Assembly: GCA_947492885.1 (NCBI GenBank)
Contig: CANLPK010000001.1
Span: 36,852-100,851, forward strand
From: Bacteroidota bacterium
GTDB taxonomy: Bacteria; Bacteroidota; Bacteroidia; UKL13-3
DNA length: 64,000 nucleotides
Direction: 5' to 3'
The notes under the pieces are model-generated. The model did no database searches, was not told the origin of the DNA, and saw nothing but the letters and a program-made list of their open reading frames with translations. The position numbers and the translations under genes are program-made. This document shows positions 1 through 8,115 of this stretch, piece after piece (position 1 is the stretch's first letter; the number at the start of each line of letters is the position of its first letter).

Positions 1-1
1 A

Positions 2-670
2 TGGAATAGCACCTGGAAGAAATTATATAGCCGAAATAATATATTCTATTCAGAAGGAATGTCATCCATGTTTTTTGATGGCCCCAAAGATGATAGCACC
101 TATTCGTTTGATTCGAAATATGATTGCTACTTTAACAAGACCAATGGAAAAGCAGCGATTGTGCAACCCACCAATGGAATTCCAGTATGCAGTAGGTATA
201 CCAATGCAACGGTACTCGGGCTCGATTTAAAATTTTTAAGTAAAGCGCAAGATGTAAGCATTACCAACGATTTTAATATTTCACCAGGATTCATGAATGT
301 AAACAACGACTTACATTTACAAGGTTCAAGTATCTTAATTAATGCAGGAACAGCCATCAATGGGTTTTATGATTATGCTGGAAGTGCCCCCGATATTGGT
401 GCTTATGAGACAGGAAATATTGGTATTCAAAAAAGTAAGCCATCGAATTCGTTATTTCAAGTTTATCCGAACCCAGCAACGAATCAACTGCAAATTGAAT
501 TAGATACCAATCCTAAAGAATGGGTATACGCAATCTATTCTATTCAAGGTCAAATTTTGCAAACAGGAAAATTATTGAATCGTCGATCCATCATTGAAAT
601 TAATACACTCGCATCAGGTATTTATTTCATACAAGTAGGAGAGAGTACTGTTAAGTTTGTGAAAGAATAG
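2..670 (+). CDS. 5'-truncated secreted protein ending in a T9SS type-A C-terminal sorting domain
   Basis: The frame is open from the window edge (WNSTWKKLYSRNNIFYSEG precedes the first Met at 59), so the gene starts upstream. The C-terminal ~80 aa (FQVYPNPATNQLQIELD...LASGIYFIQVGESTVKFVKE) fit the Por/T9SS sorting-domain pattern. A DIGAYE motif lies just before it, as at the ends of the beta-helix proteins elsewhere in the window. Confidence 0.7.
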   Translation, partial: WNSTWKKLYSRNNIFYSEGMSSMFFDGPKDDSTYSFDSKYDCYFNKTNGKAAIVQPTNGIPVCSRYTNATVLGLDLKFLSKAQDVSITNDFNISPGFMNVNNDLHLQGSSILINAGTAINGFYDYAGSAPDIGAYETGNIGIQKSKPSNSLFQVYPNPATNQLQIELDTNPKEWVYAIYSIQGQILQTGKLLNRRSIIEINTLASGIYFIQVGESTVKFVKE

Positions 671-686
671 CCTGTAAAGTAATATC

Positions 687-2012
687 CTAATGCAATAAGC
701 GCCAATGTGTAGGATACATATTATTGATGCGATTCGGGATGCAGTTGATCCAGCCCAAATTAACACCTGCAAATCGAATTATTTTATATCCAATGGTGGT
801 ATCCAATGCAATGGTTTGCTTGCGCAGATAGGCCATGGCTGTGGCTTCGTCTACATCAATATATTCTACAGATGGGTTTAGCGCTTCGTTTAATGCGAGT
901 GCATGTGCTGGAATAAATTTCGTGCCTTTCAAATTCCCTACTTCTACTCCACATTGTATTAAATTTATTTTATGTTGACGTAAATTCTCGGTGAGTTCTA
1001 AAACAGAATTGGTAGCAGCATAAATGAAATCGTTGTGTATGAAATACTGAAAATCACCTTTTAAATAATCGGTGAAAGATGCATCGGGCTTGAGCATTTT
1101 AAGGGTGCGAGGAGCAGGTTTCGAAGCTGAGTTAGGGCTTCCTTTTTTTCGCAATACCGCCATAAAAAATCCTTCTCCTGCAAGTTTGTAAGGATAAAAT
1201 CGATAACATCCTTTTTGTGAATGAACGATATTCCATGCAGCTGGAATATTTAAATCCACAGGCTCAAGCCCGTGTTCGGCACATAACCAGTTCACCATCT
1301 CTTCGTTCTCTTGCACCGAATAAGAGCAGGTACAATACATCAATATACCTCCTGCTTTTAATGCAGGAATCAAGTTGCATACGATGCGTTGCTGGCGGTC
1401 GCTGCATAGATTTACATTCGCTTCGCTCCATTCGTTTATGGCAGCAGCATCTTTCCTAAAAAGTCCACTGCCACTGCAAGGTGCATCCACTACCATGGCA
1501 TCGAAACATTCATCCAGCTTTGAAAATTGCTGGGTATCGCTTTGTGTGATGATATTATTGGCGTGTCCCCAACGCACAATATTTTCTTGTAAGATATTCA
1601 CACGAGAACGAATCACTTCATTACTCACCAAAACACTTTCTGGACTTATGAGCGAAGACAATAAAGTACTCTTACCACCAGGAGCTGCACAGGCATCGAG
1701 TACACACAAAGGTTCATTTAAATTCAGGGTTTGTTTTACTGCTTCTTGTAAAAACATACTCGAGGCTTCCTGCACATAGAAAGCTCCCGCATGCCAGTAG
1801 GGATGTTGTGCATAGCGAGCCCGCTCATCTAAATAAAAACCATCATTACACCAAGGTACTGGTCGCGTATCAGGAAATGGAGAAGCATTTATTTTATTTC
1901 GATTGATACGAAATGAATTCACAGCCGGCTCATTGTGAGAAGCAATAAAAGCTTCGGCATTAAACTCCGGAGCATTTTCAAGGGTGGCAATTACTTTCTG
2001 CAACTCGAGCAT
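687..2012 (-). CDS. RsmB/RsmF (NOL1/NOP2/Sun) family rRNA cytosine-C5 methyltransferase
   Basis: 441 aa with an ATG start. SAM-binding motif DACAAPGGKS, and the catalytic Cys motifs DAPCSGSG and YCTCS typical of m5C RNA methyltransferases. Confidence 0.85.
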   Translation of the reverse strand: MLELQKVIATLENAPEFNAEAFIASHNEPAVNSFRINRNKINASPFPDTRPVPWCNDGFYLDERARYAQHPYWHAGAFYVQEASSMFLQEAVKQTLNLNEPLCVLDACAAPGGKSTLLSSLISPESVLVSNEVIRSRVNILQENIVRWGHANNIITQSDTQQFSKLDECFDAMVVDAPCSGSGLFRKDAAAINEWSEANVNLCSDRQQRIVCNLIPALKAGGILMYCTCSYSVQENEEMVNWLCAEHGLEPVDLNIPAAWNIVHSQKGCYRFYPYKLAGEGFFMAVLRKKGSPNSASKPAPRTLKMLKPDASFTDYLKGDFQYFIHNDFIYAATNSVLELTENLRQHKINLIQCGVEVGNLKGTKFIPAHALALNEALNPSVEYIDVDEATAMAYLRKQTIALDTTIGYKIIRFAGVNLGWINCIPNRINNMYPTHWRLLH

Positions 2013-2032
2013 GAATAGATTCAGATTTCGTA

Positions 2033-2875
2033 TTAAAGTATTTCGTTGAGTCGCATCACGGCTTCAGGCTTGAACCCTCGCTCTGTTTGGGTTACAATAG
2101 CACATTCATTCACCGGGTCATGCTCAAAGAAGAGCACTGTTTTTTCGGCAGCAGCACGTGTTAAGAATTCGGTACGCTCGCGCATGGTATCGAGTGGTCG
2201 CACATCATACCCCATCACATAATTGGGCGGTATATGGCCCAGCGACGGAATTAAATCGGCCATGAATGCCACCGTTACTCCACCATATTTTATCTGAGGA
2301 ATCATCATGCTTTGGGTATGACCAATACTTTTATAAAGGCTCATCTCAGGATGAATGATTTCATGATCTTTAAATAAATTCAGGTGACCTGTTTCTTGAA
2401 TAGGGATGATATTATCTCTAAGGAACGATGCTTTCTCACGCACGTTAGGATGCAATGCTTCTTCCCAGTGTTCTTCATGAACATGATACACTGCATTTTT
2501 AAATACGGGCTGAAAGGCAGTATGGTCGCTATTCCATTTTATACTTCCGCCACAATGATCGAAATGAAGATGCGTCAAAAAAACGTCTGTGATATCATCT
2601 ACACTAAACCCATATTGAGCCAGCGATTGCTGAAGGGTATCGCTACCATGCAAGTAATAGTAGCTGAAAAATTTTGCATCTTGTTTATCTCCCATACCAT
2701 TATCGATAAGTATTAGGCGTTTGCCATCCTCGATTAAAAGGCAGCGCATGGCCCAGCTACACATATTGTTTTCGTCGGCGGGATTGAGTTTGTTCCAAAT
2801 AGATTTGGGAACCACCCCAAACATGGCGCCACCGTCGAGTTTAAAATGACCGGTATTGATGGTATATAATTTCAT
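2033..2875 (-). CDS. MBL-fold metallo-hydrolase
   Basis: HxHxDH motif (THLHFDHCGG) plus downstream His/Asp ligands. The start was trimmed to the ATG at 2873-2875 (MKLYTINTG...). The 11-codon upstream extension in the ORF track looks non-native. Confidence 0.8.
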   Translation of the reverse strand: MKLYTINTGHFKLDGGAMFGVVPKSIWNKLNPADENNMCSWAMRCLLIEDGKRLILIDNGMGDKQDAKFFSYYYLHGSDTLQQSLAQYGFSVDDITDVFLTHLHFDHCGGSIKWNSDHTAFQPVFKNAVYHVHEEHWEEALHPNVREKASFLRDNIIPIQETGHLNLFKDHEIIHPEMSLYKSIGHTQSMMIPQIKYGGVTVAFMADLIPSLGHIPPNYVMGYDVRPLDTMRERTEFLTRAAAEKTVLFFEHDPVNECAIVTQTERGFKPEAVMRLNEIL

Positions 2876-2981
2876 AACAAGGTTGATTTTACAAATATGA
2901 AAGGCCATTTCATAAGGACCTTCAGATTACTCGTGTTGAATCGTTATTTTCGCGTGCAATTTACATATAACCCTTGTACAA

Positions 2982-3896
2982 ATGGAAATAGATTGGAAGC
3001 GAGCATGGTATTTTATCTCACAGATATTGTCGATCTTGGGCTTTACTTTTTTTGGATTATTGGTTTCGTATTCGGTGGCACTTTTCGCCGGACAACAATA
3101 TTTTAAATGCGATACTGACCATATCGAATCCATGCTTAATAATCCTTCGTTAGAGCCCGCTGTTGCGATGTTTCTTCGGTTCTTTCAGATGCTCACCAAT
3201 TTTGGAACCTTTGGAATCCCTGTAATTATCTATCTCATCGTTTATAAATATCCGGTGTTCAGTACTTTGCGATTAAACAAAGGCATTTCTTTTCTTCAAA
3301 TTATTGGCACCTTAATTTTCGCCGTAGCGGCCATTTTCGGGATGTCGTTACTTAGTGAATTCAATCATTGGTTACCCTTGCCAGAGAGTGTTAATGAAGC
3401 GGCACAGCGCATGGATGAAACACAAGAGAAGCTCATCAGTGGAATGATGTTTATGCCTTCAAGTGTACATCTCTTGGCTAATTTAATAGTTGTAGGACTC
3501 GTTGCCGCCATTAGCGAAGAACTTATGTTTAGAGGGTTATTGCAACCATTCTTTAAAAACTGGACACATAATATTCATTTGGGAATCATCATTTCTGCGG
3601 CCATTTTCAGCGCCATCCATTTTGATTTAAGTAATTTCATTCCACGCATGGCCATTGGTATTGCCTTTGGTTATTTATTTTATTGGAGTGGAAGTATATG
3701 GGTTACCATCCTAGCACATTTCTTAAATAATTCAATTGAAGTATTGATCTATTATTATAAAGACAATAGCTGGTGTAATTATTTTTTAGAAGTAAAGTAT
3801 ATGCCTGTTATGTGGGGCATTGGAGCGATGGCAATCATTGGAGGCGTGATGTTTTTATTCTATAAAAAACATAAATCCAGCTTAGCTGAGGCTTAA
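2982..3896 (+). CDS. CPBP family intramembrane glutamic endopeptidase (CAAX protease-like)
   Basis: Multi-pass hydrophobic protein with the family motifs EELMFRG and FxxxH (AIFSAIHF), followed by HFLNN. Confidence 0.8.
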   Translation: MEIDWKRAWYFISQILSILGFTFFGLLVSYSVALFAGQQYFKCDTDHIESMLNNPSLEPAVAMFLRFFQMLTNFGTFGIPVIIYLIVYKYPVFSTLRLNKGISFLQIIGTLIFAVAAIFGMSLLSEFNHWLPLPESVNEAAQRMDETQEKLISGMMFMPSSVHLLANLIVVGLVAAISEELMFRGLLQPFFKNWTHNIHLGIIISAAIFSAIHFDLSNFIPRMAIGIAFGYLFYWSGSIWVTILAHFLNNSIEVLIYYYKDNSWCNYFLEVKYMPVMWGIGAMAIIGGVMFLFYKKHKSSLAEA

Positions 3897-3898
3897 TA

Positions 3899-4492
3899 TT
3901 ATTCGTAATCGAAGCCGTAAATAAAAGAGACTAATCTATCGTTCTGAAACGTATAGGTGGCATAGTACAAAGTTTTTGAGTGTCGTTGTAAATAACCACC
4001 ACTTTTAATTCTGTACTGAACGATGCTTTTTGAATTGCTTCTAAGCAATTGACCACTGCTACCCCATATTTGTTGTACCTGAGCAACCGTCATTCCCAGT
4101 TTAATTTTCTTGCCACTTTCAAACGCAGTGAAATTCGTTTTGATGTAGCGAGTACTGGTATCTTTTGAATCAACATAACTCAATTTAAATTCAGAAACAT
4201 TGTAATCGGGATTGCCATAATGCTGAATTAATTCCAATTGTTGTTTGTTGTCGGCACTTCTCAAAATCAATCGAGGATATTGCGTTGTGTTGGTGATGGC
4301 ATGTTTCCAGGCGGTGTTACCCACCTGACGAATTACCGATGACTTATGATCGATGGCCATGCCATTGCAAGCGGTGTCAGGGCTTAAACGAATTGCCGGC
4401 TTGGCTCTTGCCTTTGATTGTGCCAAAGCAGTAAGTGGAAATAGCATGATAATTAAACATGCAAACAGGAAAAATCGGATGGACTTGTTCAT
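3899..4492 (-). CDS. hypothetical exported protein
   Basis: The start was trimmed to the ATG at 4490-4492, giving a classic signal peptide (MNKSIRFFLFACLIIMLFPLTALAQ). No recognisable catalytic motif. Confidence 0.55.
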   Translation of the reverse strand: MNKSIRFFLFACLIIMLFPLTALAQSKARAKPAIRLSPDTACNGMAIDHKSSVIRQVGNTAWKHAITNTTQYPRLILRSADNKQQLELIQHYGNPDYNVSEFKLSYVDSKDTSTRYIKTNFTAFESGKKIKLGMTVAQVQQIWGSSGQLLRSNSKSIVQYRIKSGGYLQRHSKTLYYATYTFQNDRLVSFIYGFDYE

Positions 4493-4517
4493 AGCAAATA
4501 AGGAAAATAGTGATGCG

Positions 4518-5939
4518 CTAATTTCTCTCATAGGCTCCGATACATGGTTGAAGATCGCGGGGTTTTCCAAGAATATCAAAATCTACAATACCTGTGAGTG
4601 GCTTTCCTTTATTGATATACTTAGAGGTGCTATCGAGTTGATAATTGTATTTACACATGTCTTTAAATATCGGATCAACATTAATCAGATTTCCATTTGT
4701 ATCCAAGCCGAGTAGTTTCGAACGAAGTGCACAATGATCAATAATTTGTTGCGTAACATTCGCGGGTCTGCCACCATCATAAATAGAGAATTCTTCATCG
4801 TTGGTACTTTGTCCGTAAATGATAGAATTCACCAGACTATATTTTAATTTGCTTGGAATGGTTTGAAGTACCGTGCCATTCGCATCGGTAATAACATAAT
4901 CTGAATTGCCTAAATAGAAGCATGGATAATTGCTTTGAAAGTTGAGGCAATGTGGGTTAGATATTGTGCAATAGGTAAAAGAGTAATCACCACCATACTG
5001 CGCAAATACGCAGAGCTGGCCTGCATCAAAGAAAGCACAGTTTACAAATGAAGCTGTTGCACTGTACATGGAAAGGCAGGACGACGACATGGTACGAATG
5101 ATACTGCCCGACATCCGCAGACTGGGGTTGCTATTCACATTCACCGAATCGATTTCAATTCCTACCACAGCATTTTTTATGATAGAACTATTGATGATAT
5201 TGTTTTTTGAGCCAGGTAAAAAACGAACCCCCCACCATTGGCTTGGCACATCATCGAGGTTACGTTCTAAACGATCGCCTTGAAGAATTACAGGTTCATT
5301 TACTGTCCCCTGCATTTCTAAAGTTCCTTGTACATAAATATAAGAACCCACATGGCTGCATACTTTCACCCCATTAGTAATGGTAAGTTTTTTTCCAGGA
5401 GCCACCAGGATGGAATTCCAAATTACATAAGGTTTGGTTTTATCGCTCCATACTGCATCATAGTCAATCACACTATCCATGAGGTAATGCGCATCTTGTC
5501 CCCAGGCAACCAAATGTACTTTTTCTTCATTGCCATTGGTACTAAAGAGGATGCTATCTTCAACAAACAATGGATTACTTTGGGTAGTAATTTTCGGTGT
5601 TACTTGTACAAAGAGGTAGAAGCTATCCTTTGGGGCGATTTTGAAATGATCGATATGATCGGTTGGGATGCCGTCGATATTAATGCGATAGACAGAGGCA
5701 TTGCCACCCATCAAACGAATATCTGTGTATACAATGCTATTATAGGGATTGAAAATCTTTAAAATTTTGGTAGTGGATAGTGGTGCATGATTGGTATCGA
5801 AACGACTGAATACCGTATCGAAAGCGATACTATCGGTAGAAAAATTGAGGTGTGCATTCGAATCCGTATTGATATCGCGTTTACGGCATGATATCAAAAT
5901 GACCACGGCACAAATAAAAAGGAGGAAGTATTTCGGCAT
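4518..5939 (-). CDS. lipoprotein with a right-handed beta-helix-like region, function unknown
   Basis: The start was trimmed to the ATG at 5937-5939, giving a lipoprotein signal (MPKYFLLFICAVVILISC). The central region has repetitive N/G/I/V-rich turns (NSSIIKNAVVGIEIDS...) typical of parallel beta-helices. It ends with PCIGAYERN, the same D/C-IGAYE tail seen in the other beta-helix proteins here. Confidence 0.55.
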   Translation of the reverse strand: MPKYFLLFICAVVILISCRKRDINTDSNAHLNFSTDSIAFDTVFSRFDTNHAPLSTTKILKIFNPYNSIVYTDIRLMGGNASVYRINIDGIPTDHIDHFKIAPKDSFYLFVQVTPKITTQSNPLFVEDSILFSTNGNEEKVHLVAWGQDAHYLMDSVIDYDAVWSDKTKPYVIWNSILVAPGKKLTITNGVKVCSHVGSYIYVQGTLEMQGTVNEPVILQGDRLERNLDDVPSQWWGVRFLPGSKNNIINSSIIKNAVVGIEIDSVNVNSNPSLRMSGSIIRTMSSSCLSMYSATASFVNCAFFDAGQLCVFAQYGGDYSFTYCTISNPHCLNFQSNYPCFYLGNSDYVITDANGTVLQTIPSKLKYSLVNSIIYGQSTNDEEFSIYDGGRPANVTQQIIDHCALRSKLLGLDTNGNLINVDPIFKDMCKYNYQLDSTSKYINKGKPLTGIVDFDILGKPRDLQPCIGAYERN

Positions 5940-6102
5940 CTGAGAATAGCAACGAAGATAGGAAAGAAATATTTTATAGCTATATGGAATTTGGGAATTC
6001 AAATATTAGTTGACGCTCAAATCGAAACATGAAAATATTTCAAGAAAACGTTCCTTTAATAAAAGAACTCATTACCACACTTCCAATTTAAATTAGTAAC
6101 GA

Positions 6103-6735
6103 CTACTGAATCAATATTTTTTTATAGGAATAGGTGCTATTATTTTGAATTAAGGTGGCATAATAGATCCCAATTGGAAGGGCATTCCAATCAAATAAAT
6201 CGTCACTTGAGAATATCGTTTTTTGAAAGACAATTTTGCCTGAAATGTCCGTAAGAATTAAATTAGCATTTGGTATTATGTTGGTTAATTGAAAGGTATT
6301 TGTGTATTGTCGCAGAAGAAAAATAGGGTAGTCTTTTTTTTGCGAATCAATCCCAGTTCTGTAGCCCTTATGTACAATAAGCTTAACAAGTCGGGCTCGA
6401 TATTGATTTGCATTATTTTGGCCTTCAACCCAAAATTGAATAAGGGTATCGGTTAGCATGGCATAGCTGGTGGCGGTGATATTAAAAATCACTGTTTTAG
6501 AAGTGTCGGAATATCCCTTCACTGTAGCTATTGCTGGGAAGTTGGTGGAAGATGCTCCTGGGTTTATTAAGATGGTAGTAGTTTTATCAGGTGAAGTAAG
6601 AACCGCTTCCAAGGAATCAATTCCAAAATACAAATGTTTAACTGTGATGGAATCAATTGGTTTTATAAATGTAATCTGACTTGGAAGTGATAGCGCCAAA
6701 AACAGGCTTGCAATTAAGATAAAGTTTCTATTCAT
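6103..6735 (-). CDS. small secreted protein with a T9SS type-A C-terminal sorting domain
   Basis: Signal peptide MNRNFILIASLFLALSL. C-terminus ...LTDISGKIVFQKTIF...LPIGIYYATLIQNNSTYSYKKILIQ fits the T9SS CTD pattern. Its start lies 1 nt after the upstream gene's stop. Confidence 0.65.
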   Translation of the reverse strand: MNRNFILIASLFLALSLPSQITFIKPIDSITVKHLYFGIDSLEAVLTSPDKTTTILINPGASSTNFPAIATVKGYSDTSKTVIFNITATSYAMLTDTLIQFWVEGQNNANQYRARLVKLIVHKGYRTGIDSQKKDYPIFLLRQYTNTFQLTNIIPNANLILTDISGKIVFQKTIFSSDDLFDWNALPIGIYYATLIQNNSTYSYKKILIQ

Positions 6736-6736
6736 A

Positions 6737-8113
6737 TTATTTTAATAATTTGAAATTATAATTGTATTGTGAATTTGAAATGGATAATAGATAAAATCCG
6801 TGGGCTAGCTGGGAAGTGTTTATTGTATTTTGAAGACGCATTGAAGGGTAATCTGCCAATAATTGCCCAGTTGCGTTATAGAGTCTTACCTCAAAAGCTT
6901 CATTCACATTAGGTAAAACGAGTTTAATTTCATTCTCAAAAGGATTGGGGAACACGGTGACTTCGGGGTGTGTTGAATATTCAATCCCTACAGGGGCTTT
7001 CACAATACAGCCTGTTTGAGAGGGATACGGCGGACCACCATTTGTATAATTAACAATTAGAGGCGTTTTTTGAATTGAACCATTAAATCCACCATCATAT
7101 AAAACACAAGTGCTATCAAAAAATACCGCTTGATTAAATTGATACCCTGGAGCCTGGGTTGTCTTTACCCAAGAGATACCACCATCCGCTGTTTTATAAT
7201 GATAATCATGAAATGTAGTGATAACACCTTCACAATTATTGTAAAAATGAATTCCAGTTATCGCCAGCCAATTATTTTTTGAAAGCGAATCTATAATTAT
7301 ATGGTCTGAAGCAAGTACACTATCGTTTTTGAAGCGAACCAAATAATCATATTGAGAATTTGAATTTATTGGTCCTGTAACACTGATATAACCTTCATTT
7401 TCCTTGGTTTGAGTAACACACAGATTAGAATAACTCCATGGTTTGAATTTAATTGGAACGGGAGTAACGGTCCAAGTTTCACCATTATCGCGCGAATGCA
7501 GCAAATCGAAAGTGGTGGTATCGGTATTGTTTCGAATTGGATAGGGCTTTAACCAATAAATTGAACTTCCTTTATAGCTTAAATAAGGTGGAATATTAAT
7601 ATTTAAAGGGTATTTTTTTAGGAAGTTAGATGGAATTTTTCGATAACTATTCCCTCCATTTTCGAAGATTACAATTTCATCGCTTAAACAAATAGATTTA
7701 TTACGATCAATATTTACAAAAAGTGGCCAAATTTGAGCCGAGTCACTGAATAATTTTACCCAAGATTTACCGCCATCATTCGAGTGATAGAACGTTAGAT
7801 TCTTTCGTTCCCAAGCTATTAGGCTATCCTTATTTATATAGCTAAACATACATGATTGATAATCTGGAATTACATTAGTAATATCATAGGAATTGAGTAT
7901 GGTCCAAGCATTATTTTTAAGTTCAGCCAAAATGAACATTCCTTTTTGCGGGCAATTTTCGCATCTCATAGTTCCATAAAATGTAGGGCATTTATTAGGG
8001 CCATCTAAAAAATAGCTGATATGCGTCGAATCAGTTGAATAAACTAAACTCCAAGTTTGGGATTTACTAAAGAGGGAAAAGGTAAGCAGGGTTAAAACTA
8101 AAAGTGTTTTCAT
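6737..8113 (-). CDS. BNR/Asp-box repeat (sialidase/sortilin-type beta-propeller-like) protein with a T9SS type-A CTD
   Basis: Signal peptide. Three SxDxGxxW Asp-boxes (SNDGGKSW, SRDNGETW, TADGGISW). C-terminal VTVFPNPFENEIKLVL...AHGFYLLSISNSQYNYNFKLLK matches the sorting-domain pattern. Confidence 0.7.
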   Translation of the reverse strand: MKTLLVLTLLTFSLFSKSQTWSLVYSTDSTHISYFLDGPNKCPTFYGTMRCENCPQKGMFILAELKNNAWTILNSYDITNVIPDYQSCMFSYINKDSLIAWERKNLTFYHSNDGGKSWVKLFSDSAQIWPLFVNIDRNKSICLSDEIVIFENGGNSYRKIPSNFLKKYPLNINIPPYLSYKGSSIYWLKPYPIRNNTDTTTFDLLHSRDNGETWTVTPVPIKFKPWSYSNLCVTQTKENEGYISVTGPINSNSQYDYLVRFKNDSVLASDHIIIDSLSKNNWLAITGIHFYNNCEGVITTFHDYHYKTADGGISWVKTTQAPGYQFNQAVFFDSTCVLYDGGFNGSIQKTPLIVNYTNGGPPYPSQTGCIVKAPVGIEYSTHPEVTVFPNPFENEIKLVLPNVNEAFEVRLYNATGQLLADYPSMRLQNTINTSQLAHGFYLLSISNSQYNYNFKLLK

Positions 8114-8115
8114 AT

